Source: a virus. From it: a DNA stretch of 64,000 bases. Made by a program: the position numbers and the translations under genes. Of the stretch, positions 10,866 to 21,600 are shown one piece after another. The stretch covers positions 15,432 through 79,431 of the IMG/VR virus record IMGVR_UViG_3300009705_003007. The stretch is one strand, 5' to 3'. The first letter of the stretch is position 1. Every line of letters begins with the position of its first letter. Below the pieces are notes generated by a model. That model saw only the letters and a list, made by a program, of their open reading frames with translations. It was not told the DNA's origin and ran no database searches.

Positions 10866-12680
10866 ATGGCTGGAAACGCAATACCATACGCAGGCCAAGG
10901 TGGCTCAGAAGATAGAGAAAAAACCGATCTGGCTGATTATAGCCACTTGATGTTATCGAGCGTGTATAACATTACTGAAAATCTTGTTGCTAGAGATGGC
11001 TCAAATAAGGTTATGTTCTGGGATAATCACCCAGATTACGAAGGTGGGGAAATAAAAATAAGAGACTCAACTGCAACAACCATGACAAGTCCAGCAGTTA
11101 CTTACATGTCTCAATTTCCCGGAGATAGCTCTTGGGAGAAAGCTGCGGGTATGTCTTTGGATGGTTTGTTTGTGCCTTATGCAACAAACTTCAAAGTAAA
11201 AAATGATGGTGGTAAAGACGCAGATCTAAACAGACCATTAGATGACACCGGAATGCCAACTTTTGAAAGACCTTATAGTTCAGCCCAATTAGACGTAGCC
11301 GAAGATAGAGTTCCTTTTAATGAAGTTGTAGGACATCCAGATTTAGGTATTAATGCCCCATCACCATCTTTTATTACGTCTGTGTCTTTAAACCCATTTG
11401 CTTCTGGTCATTACGTCGCTCGTCTTAATAAAAATGAAACTATCACTAACCCAAGTCAGGATGCTATTGGTGGTGGTTACGCAACAGATGTTCCAACATT
11501 AGCCGACGCACCAACAGATCAAACACATGTAGCAAGACCAGTAGGTCTTAGAGGGCCAATGGTAATGGCTGGTTGGGGTTATGACATATATGAATTGCCA
11601 GTCCCTAACCTTAGATTTGATGCTGAGTTTAGACATAATGATCCGGGATCTGCAAATTATGGAAGACAACGATACGTGCCTACACCAATGCAGGCAAAAA
11701 CAGCATCAGGTATGCAGAAAGACCACAAGCACTTTATACCAGTTCATATGAGAAGACCCGACCAGTGGAAGGTTGGCCCTATTGACTTAAGATGGGATCA
11801 CCAAAGAAAAGTTTGGGCTGGTGGTAAACACAATGGAATATACTTATCAAAAGCTACTAAATGTATATTACCACAAGCTGGTCTAGATGGGAATAATTCA
11901 TTCAACTTTGGCGTTGGTGGAAACGTAAATGCACCGGGAAGGCTTTACAGAAACCCGTGTCCAACACACGAATGCACACACACGTCCTATTTTCCAACAA
12001 GCATATACTATCCAGATATTGAAATATATGATCCAGAAGATCATAACTGGTGCGGTAGATGTAGAACTTTAGGACATCTAACAGCTTGTGCAGATTTTAA
12101 AGATGGCTGCTCTCCATTTTATGATGCACTTATACTAAGACCAATTGATGAAGTGGTTGGACAACCAAACACTCTTACGGAATGTACTGATAAGTTTAGA
12201 AAAGTACAGGGTGGATCACCCGGACAAAGAAGGGCTGGAAACCCATGTCATGGATGGGGTTCTAGTTATTTCGGAGAAAAAGAATTCATTAATAGGAAAA
12301 TTGGTGAAGAGAAAACTTGGACACAACATGCAAAAGCTATGATGTACGAAAAGATATTTATAGAAAACCCTCTAGGCCAAGGTTTAATGGTAGGAGACGC
12401 GTTTTTCAGTTATGATACTGGTAAGAGAATAGTTTATGAATATGAGAGAATGGTTGATGCTAGCTGTGGGCAAACTGCCGGAACTACAGTAAAAGTAAAA
12501 GAAGCAATACCTGTTCATATTATATTACAAGGTGAGTTTTACGGAATGGAAATTATTTCGCACGCAGGTTGTGATAGAGGCGAAATGGCTGCTTGTTCTA
12601 AAAAATTCTTTGCTCAAGGCTTTGCCACAGCGGAAGACTGCGGGCCTGATGATGATTATCCACAAACAGCAGGACTATAA
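10866..12680 (+). CDS. Putative virion structural protein, 604 aa, Cys-rich C-terminal half
   Basis: Long ORF in the structural operon, overlapping the next gene's start. Gly/Trp-rich core (GLRGPMVMAGWGYD, WKVGPIDLRWD) followed by a Cys-rich domain. Confidence 0.5.
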   Translation: MAGNAIPYAGQGGSEDREKTDLADYSHLMLSSVYNITENLVARDGSNKVMFWDNHPDYEGGEIKIRDSTATTMTSPAVTYMSQFPGDSSWEKAAGMSLDGLFVPYATNFKVKNDGGKDADLNRPLDDTGMPTFERPYSSAQLDVAEDRVPFNEVVGHPDLGINAPSPSFITSVSLNPFASGHYVARLNKNETITNPSQDAIGGGYATDVPTLADAPTDQTHVARPVGLRGPMVMAGWGYDIYELPVPNLRFDAEFRHNDPGSANYGRQRYVPTPMQAKTASGMQKDHKHFIPVHMRRPDQWKVGPIDLRWDHQRKVWAGGKHNGIYLSKATKCILPQAGLDGNNSFNFGVGGNVNAPGRLYRNPCPTHECTHTSYFPTSIYYPDIEIYDPEDHNWCGRCRTLGHLTACADFKDGCSPFYDALILRPIDEVVGQPNTLTECTDKFRKVQGGSPGQRRAGNPCHGWGSSYFGEKEFINRKIGEEKTWTQHAKAMMYEKIFIENPLGQGLMVGDAFFSYDTGKRIVYEYERMVDASCGQTAGTTVKVKEAIPVHIILQGEFYGMEIISHAGCDRGEMAACSKKFFAQGFATAEDCGPDDDYPQTAGL

Positions 12681-15600
12681 TGGCAATAGGCGATCCTTGG
12701 GACACAAGTTATAACCCTCGTTATAACTACCCTCTTAAAAATCAACACACTGGTAAACCCGCATGGATGCCAGACGCTTCCGATGAAGTACCTCAAGATA
12801 ACCCTCTTGCCCTAAAAGATAGAAGAAAGGGTAGATTCTGTACTGAGGGATGTGGCTGCATAGATACGTATTGTAGTAATTTAGCAGGGGCTAGATGTAC
12901 TCTTCCTCCTGAATTAGCTATTACCATAATGAGAACACCGGATGGTAGATACCAAGCTAGAAATGGTATTGAAAATGGTGAAGGTGAAACCTATCATCTT
13001 AAATATTCTAACGGGTCTTGGAGAGGCAGTAGGTGCTGCTCTCATAACGCAGATGGATCTCTTAATTATGCCTGCGACCCATGTAAAGTAAGCACACTTC
13101 CAAATGGAAAACCGTCCGAGTGTCACCACGCCAATAATAAATATAAAGAATTAGATAGCAATAAGCAGGTAGGAGATAATTTCACCCCAAGGGGTAAATA
13201 TCACTATGACGCAGCTATGCATGGTGAGGCATGGCCAAGAAGGGGTGTAGACACTTGGTTAGTACCAGATGGGTATAACGAAACCCTTCCTACCGATGGT
13301 ACTGAAATGCTAAAGTCCTCGGAGAGAGTGGGAAGATATTCGGGTTGTTTTAATATAGACGGCTCATTACAAGAGGTTGACGCAGCAGTTACCGATGATG
13401 CGTCATGTAAAGATTTACATGGGCCGAAGGCTTATTGGAATGAGTTTATACCTAGTTGGACAAACAATGACGTAAAAGACAGGCAGTCTGTTGAAGATTT
13501 AATTGGTACTGAATTACAACAAACTCAATTTTCTAAGAATTCGACCTCTGCTCGCTTAAACATAAAAGCAGTAGAAAAAAGAATACGCATAGATAAAGAA
13601 AATTATCTTGTTGGTTATAGCATCCAAAATGGATCAGACGAAGATGTCGCTGAAAACATTGCAGATCCACGTATTGCTTATTCAACTGTTGACTCTAGAG
13701 AAGGTGGATGTATAGAAGACGGGGCAGCACCAATAAAGAAGCGCCCTTGGTGTAGAAATGCAGGAACGGGAACAAGAATACGACAACAGTGTACCGACAC
13801 ACAGCATAAAAACAAAATAGACTGCGAAGATGCGGTTATTCCCGGTACTAGCGAAACGACTACATCAGAAATTTGGCTTTATGATGATAAGAGCGAGTGT
13901 CAAGGTTCTGGTTTTTGTTACCCACCTGAAGAAACAGGCGGTACTGGCGTAGCAGATTTATCCGTAGAAGCACTTAAGCCTCACTGTGTAACAAAAGCTT
14001 ATTGTGAAGGAACGTCGGATAATTGTAGCCAATCAGTCGTTGATCCCGACACTGGGATAGGTAGAACCTGCGACACTAAAGACGATTGTGAAGCTCCGGT
14101 CTATGGAAATACTGGATGTGGTGGTTCGTGGCTTAACAATCCAGTACTTAATAAAGCAGATTGTATCGACCTTGGGGAAAAATGGGTAGGAGAACAAGAA
14201 TATACTCAGGGTTATTGTATTGATGAAATAGGACAAAGAGTTCCTTTAGATGTTCCGGCGGGAATGACAGAACAAGAATGTAGAGATTCCGATAAGGAAA
14301 CATGGGTAGATCCCTCTAAAAGCAAAAAAGGTTGTGAGGAAGTTTTTCCAGAAGACGCTCCTAACGGAACAGAATGGTCGCTTGGAAGTGAAAACAGTTG
14401 TGAGTCCCACAACAAAGGTAAAGATGCGCTTTGTAGAGACTCTGATGGTAATGTTATAGATGGTAGTTGTAGCTTAAGCTCCGACGAAAACAAAACACAG
14501 GAAGACTGCGTAGAATTATCTTGTTACGAAACTAGTAGCGGCGCAAAAGTTAGCAAATCAGAAGGCGAGTGTCTTGGCCCGATTTATTCTTGGAAAAAGG
14601 GGGTTTGGACTCCTTTTTCTAAAAAGAGTGTTTGTGAGGCAGCGGATGGAACGTGGTATAGTAATGTTTGGATGCCAAACGACTGGGTTGATTGGGAATA
14701 TGAAAAAAGGTCTTGTTGCGGGGGAACCATTTTAGACGAAGCTCACCCATTTCACACTCCCCAGATTTCAGGAGGCGCTCGCAACACAAGAAAAAATACC
14801 GTGTGTTTCACTCCTTATTCAGAAGTGATTCTACATACGGATGCGATATCCGGCTTCATTGGAGATAGCCGAGGAGAAGGCTGTACCTCTATCGGAAATC
14901 AATTTGATAGGCAGTTATTCTTCCCAGATATTGAGAGCTATTGGACTGTCATAATTAGACCATGCAACTTCTGGGGTTCTTGCACAGAAGAAGGAAAAAC
15001 AAGACCAGACCCTAGTGAATTAACAGGACAGCCTGATAATTACTTTGACACGACATGCGGAGAAGAAGTAGTTCTGTACCTTCCAGTAGATCAAATGTTA
15101 AATTGCTCTAACTTTAATCTAACACTGCAAAGTGAAGAACAATTGAGATCTGGATGGAAAGAGTCAGAACCAATGTGGGATGAAAGAATGGGATCGTTTG
15201 AGTACGGAAACCCCGCAACCAACATTGCCGCAAAGGTTGGAATGAGTTCAGCTGTAACGGGAGCTGGAAATATATCAGGAGGTTTCCCCGGAACGCCTTT
15301 TGGAACTCAGTACCCTGCGTGGTGTATGAATCCAGATGCAAATTTTGATGGAATAGCTGACGGACAAGCGTTTCAGGGATCAGCGAGTGGTCGGAATTTT
15401 TGTGATCAGTATGTTTATTATTCATCTGGTGCAGAAAAGAACCGACTTGCTAACGCTAAAGGGGCAGAAGTCCTTCACGGTTTTAATATACAACCACAAC
15501 CCTTCAAAGCTACCGAAGAAAAGCAAAACAGAGCTAAGTCTTTCGAACAAGCCCTTAATGATAAAGCGTATTGGCAAAAGTGCGTGGGTCATATAATGGG

Positions 15601-18600
15601 AGACTATGGCGGTGGTGGTCATTGGTTTTGGAATTATGGCGTAGATTATTTCATGTATTATGATTTTGTTGCATGGGGTGAAGTTTACCCAACCATGAAA
15701 GCGGGAGGTCATTGTGCGGATATAGCTCAAAAAGTATGGGATTATGTTGAGACTCATGATGGTTTCTTGAGACGTGGCGATTGTGGCTATGGAAACGGAG
15801 CCTTGTGGGTGGGGTGGGTTGAAGACGATGGCGTGGACAACGACTTTATGTGTCCAAAGTGTTTAACAATCAACGATGAAGGACAATGCAATAGTGCAAC
15901 TACATGCATGTTGCCAGATGGAACATCTGAACAGGGCGACTGCGCAAGTGGTCAAGGTCAATGTATGGACATTGGAGGAGATGCCGTAGAGGGAATAACT
16001 GAAGAAGGAGATTGTAATGGAGAAGGACAAAATTGGAGAGACGGAGTAACTGAAGATTGTTGCGAATGGTTCAAATTTTGTTCGTTCGACATATGCACCA
16101 ATTTCGATGACGTTCAAGAGAGTCAGGGCTTAGTCGATTGTGTATGGAGAAAAGCAGACACAAAAGAAGAGTGTGAGAGGAAGATGAGCAACACGGGCGC
16201 TGGCGGTATTTGGCAAGACGGATGTGTTCCAACTGAAGCAAGATTACTACTGGATGAATGCTCTCCTGTTCACGATATACCAGAAGAACTTATAAACATT
16301 GTTTTGGGAGAAAAGGTAGGTGAATGTACTTGTTTTAATGAAGCAGGTGACGACCTTAGCGCGAACCTACCTGAAAATGAATGTCAAGAATTGGTAAATT
16401 CTGGGGTTTGTGATGGAAGTATTCCTCCTGCATTTAACCCAGATATGGTTGGAGGTCAAGGAAGCACTTATCCAGTAAGAGAAAACAACGTAGTTAAACT
16501 AAGGGTTGATGGGCCTTTAACCACAGAATTGACCGACCTGAGCGAAATAGAAGACGGTTTTCTAAAGTCTAAATGTTGGCTTAATGACGAAGTGTTTACG
16601 GTTAGTTTTGGTGAAATAGACAAGGCGCTTTGTCTTGCTATGAATAATAATCCACTTACACCGGGAGTATTTAGATGGGGGCCAGACTATTACACAACTG
16701 AGTTTGGGTTAAAACGTCGTAGTCCCTTATCTGGAGGAGAGGGAGTAGGCAATGCCATGACTTACTGGCATCACACTGGGCTTTTCCCCAAAGGTGAGAT
16801 GGCTAGTTATGTTAACGATCACTGCATGGGAACTATGCAGCATAGAAGAATCCAGTACGCCAGCAACGAAAGACCAATCAAAATAACTTCCAGAAACCAC
16901 CTATTAAAAGACGGTGATCTTGTTTCTACTTGGGATGTCCAAGGCAATTTTGGTGCTAACGTCATGACTAATCGTGATTGGCAAGAAACCCAATGGGAAG
17001 ACAAGATATATAGCCCATGTGTTGGAGAGACTTGCGACGAAGTAATGTGGCCAAATAGCGTTTGTGCCGAGTCCACAATATGCTTAGACGAACAGGGTAA
17101 TGAAATAAAGGGAGCAGGTAGAGAATCTTGTACAGGAGGAGAATGTGAAGCAACAAGAAAGGATGGTTCCAAATGTAATAGTCAAAATGCTTGTGAAGCA
17201 GAAGCGGAAGAATGTATCCCTCTGCAATCAGATGGCACTTGTAAAGAAGGTTTTGTAAAAGATAAAGATTATAAGTTTGATAACGCAACCCAAAGCCAAC
17301 CCACATGTGATGAGAAGAAATTTTCATGCTGTTATAATAAAGAAGACGGTGCTGGGATGTGTTTAAACACCCTGTGGGAAAACCCAGACAGCCTGATGGG
17401 ATGTGGTTCAAAGTGGGACGGAAAACAAGGAAACACCTTTAAAACATATTGCGATACCGATAAGTATTACGCTTGTAACGGAGCGCCTATATTGGGAGAA
17501 GATCCTCCTCCAATGGATTCTTTTGTAGCCAAGAACGTGACACTTGACACTTTTGATTTATTTACATGTGACAAACACCCGGTCGATGGAAGAATAAAAA
17601 ACAAAACAAATTTAGATACTGAAGAATGTGAAGACGAAAGTAAGCAAGTATGTGTAACAAATGCTGGCATGCCCTATGAGACGATTGTTGCGGAGCCTGA
17701 ATGGTCTGTTAAACTTTCGCCCTTCGAAGATGAGAAATATTTTGGACTAGTGGGCCACGAAGCTTTCGAAAAGCAAGAATGGTGCGCTGCTGGAGATCAG
17801 CTAAGACCAGAACACACTAGTAATGCTGCGTGTACCCATGCAGGTTTTACTTGGACTAATAATTATTCGCTTGAAACAGGTTCTTGTGACATAGACTCAA
17901 ATAACAACATAAAATACAACGACTGTATAGAATTAGCCTGCTACATAGAGGACAGGAGAACAAGAAAGTCAGAAACAGAATGTGTTGGGTCTGACGTTAA
18001 CGGAGTGGCTTTACTCTGGAAAAAGGGAAACTGGTCAGGTGGGGTTGATGCAGACGTTAGATGTATTACTTTTGGGAAATGCCTAATTGTAGACAATGCT
18101 ATTGGCGTGTCTGAAGGCATGATGACAAGAGATGAATGCACCCTTCTTGGAAAAACCTTCAGAACTCTTCATACGAACAAACCTTACACAGATGGAACAC
18201 AACAATATCTGCATCAATGCTATGATGGATCTGCTAATGCAGATAATCATGAAGACATTATACGAAAGGCTATGGACGTTGATGAATTAGAAAAAGTATG
18301 TCTAGCAAAACATAGTAAATGTATAGATTATGATGGCAATGACTTAGGCATAGGTAATGAAAGCAATTGCTTATCAATGGGTGGAACGTGGCAAACTGGT
18401 AAAGTCCAAACCCAATATAACGAGTGTGTTAAAACAATAGAGGGTGAGTTGGGGGTTTTAGACTACTCGTTCGGAGATCCTTTTAAAAACTGTTTTATTG
18501 AAAACGCATGGAAGTCCGAAATGATGCTGGACGACACGAGTTCCATGGTCTCAAGCTTTGGAGTACCCAGCGTGGGCGTTTGGAAGACATGTCCATTCAC

Positions 18601-21600
18601 TGGTCAATGGGACTATTGGGGAAATGCCAACGATGATGTTGGTGTAGAAGCTGGTTATGTAAGCCATCTTAATGCTGATGAACTGGATTCCAAATTCAAA
18701 CTTGGATGGGGAGGGCCGGGATATAAATGGGAAGAAAGAGCAAACGATTACTATGTACAAATTGAACAAAAAGGTATATGTCCAGTATGCTGTGATCACT
18801 TTATGCCTAGAAGTCTTATTGCAACAATTTCAGACCAACCAACTGAAATATTGAATCATATACAATGTAGAATGGATCCTTGTGATGCACCAACAGCGAA
18901 TGATTCGTTTGGTATTAACGACGTGGGATCCGCTAATCATGATGGCTATTGTTGTGCAGACGCGCATCATCCTTGTGTTTTAGGTGATGATGTTCCGAAT
19001 TGTGAAAGTGAATTCATTCCTCTTCCTAACGGTAGCTTAAAGCCTGTAACTTTTGGTCAGTGTTATAAAGACGGCGAATTGCTTGTTTCTTTCAGACGAG
19101 ATGATTGCGTTAGGAAGAGAGGTGGCACGTTTGTGCCGGTAACAGCGCCGGAGATGTGTGATCCATTCATAAGAACACGTCTCAGTAATGCTGGAACTAC
19201 GAATTGTAGGAAGTGTTCAGAGGTGTATAGCTCCAGACATAAAGTTAAAACTTATGCGGAAACCGGAAATGTAAAATCGAGAGAAAGAGGGCTCTTGAGT
19301 TATTCAGGAAGTAATTGCTGCGAAGATGGAACGTTATGTGAAAGAACTACAAACGCACAAGACAAAAACCTTCTGGACGAAGATTATCCTTATCCAACAT
19401 GTGAACAAGTAAGATTTTTATGCCCGCCTTGTACGGTAGAGGGACAAACATGTAACAAGGGACAAGTATCAGCATTATGCAAGGTGACGCTTGATCCTTA
19501 TGGAAATGAAGTTGGGATTGATTGGCAGTTTGAGCCTTGTATTTGTTTCCCAAACAATGTTTCGTATGAGTATGAGCCTGAATTTGTAGTCACGGGTGAC
19601 GCAGGAAACTCGGCAGCCGGAAGTTGTGATTTCAATGGGGTTAAGAATAGCGCTGGGGATATGGGGGTAGATAATGCTGGAGGATGTTATGACGTTAACG
19701 GAAACATAGTAGTAGGAAAAGAGAGAAAAAACGGCGCCTTAGAATCAGACTGTGCTAGTAACGAAAAATGGAAAAGCGGATCTGGTGGTTGTATGCCAAT
19801 GCATATAGAAGCATACGCTGATGAATCTTGCTACGATCTAGGAAATTCTATTGAGTCATACGATTCGACATGTCCCGGATTCGACGCGATTGACGTACCA
19901 ATGGAATACGATGGGGTTGTATGGAGATCAGAATGGGAGTTGATGAATGAAGTTGGCTTAAAGACATGTGAATTTGGCATGCATAGATTCCACTGGCCTG
20001 TAAATTGTAGAGCAACTGGCCCATCAGGAAGTGATTATACTGCTCCATCAGAAATTGTTGCTGTCGGTGGTGACTGTGACGGATGCGACATGCCTCAAAT
20101 GGGCTTGCATGGAATATTGGTTGACGGAAGAAAAAGCTGGCTAACACATAGAAATGCAAAACTACCAAACGCAACTAATGACGGGCATTTTATTAGATTA
20201 GTAATGGGCTGTGGAAACTCTATACCATCAATAGACGCTTATAGAAGTGGTGATATAGTTGATGGCGGCTTTGGGCCAATATTAGGAGCCACTTATAGAG
20301 ATAACGGTATTAAAATATGGTCAGAAATAACCAACTGTACCTTTACAGACGCTATGGGTTCTGATGGTCTAAGAATAGACAGGGTTGATACTGGTGTTTC
20401 TGGTAGTCCTCCTATCTTTCCCCTCAAACCATGCATATCAAAAAATCAACTAGTTAAGGCGATGCACGGAAAACTTCCTACACCGGGAGATCCAACTGAA
20501 ACAGAAAGAGTCTATACGTTTGCTGGAAGATGTATAAGGAAAAAAGACTGTGGGCCAAAGGGGCCATGTCACGGTACAGACTGCTGTACTTACAAGGGAA
20601 GAGATAAAAGGTACTTCAGCGCCCCGCTTTGGAGTGGAGGTATTGCTTGTTCGACAGGCGGAGACCTTGCACATAGATGTCAGGCAACTGGTTTCGATCC
20701 CCTTCCTTCAAAACCGGCAGAACAATTTACTGTTCATTATATAAAAGATGTTAATCCTGTAACGGGTGAAGGAACGCTCGTTGTTCCAGCTTACGCCCCA
20801 ACATTTGGTGGTAGAAGGTGTCATTATGAAAACGGAACTCCCGTTGGTATTGGTGTAGCCGAATTACAAGATGCTGAACTAGACACTTTTGGCGATTTTT
20901 CAAGAAATAACAAATCTAGAAATCCATATCTACCAGCCGGTGGCACAGTCATAACGGGGTCTAAAACGTCATCTACAAAATCTTCTGTTACTACTTATAA
21001 GCGACACGACGGTATTCCAAGCGGAGATGCCATACCTGACGAACATGGTGATAAAGGTCGTGGTAATGGTCAGTTTATGGAAATAAAGGTCGCAAATGTT
21101 GCACCGCTTATAACCAAAAACCCAAGGAAGAACAGACATTTAAGAATCTATGATAGGTCGAGAGGAAGCGCAGCATCTGGTTTTCATAACGCCACCACTC
21201 TTTCTGGCATGAATATGCTACAAAGGTATGACTTACCGCAGCCTTACGGTTTAAATCCTTGGCCTGTCGATCACCAAACGCACTCAACCTCCTATAGTCC
21301 ATGGCCTAAAGGTGGCCCACATTCACCTAATGCTTTATTGGGGGGTATACCTACGGAGAGTCTAAGAAAAGATCCTGCTCTTTCTCTTAATCAACCCGGA
21401 AGAGTTGGGCCTATGCCAACAATGGATAATCTAAATAGAATGTTTAGGTATAATGAAGTAAACATGGGAGATGGAGCGACCACGCCCATTCCAGAAATAT
21501 TTCCTTTTGAGCCTGTTCAGATTGATGGGTTTGATAATGTCTATTCAGACTCATTAGGAGCTTGTACTAATTCTTATTACAAAACCAAGGGTGCTTGTAA

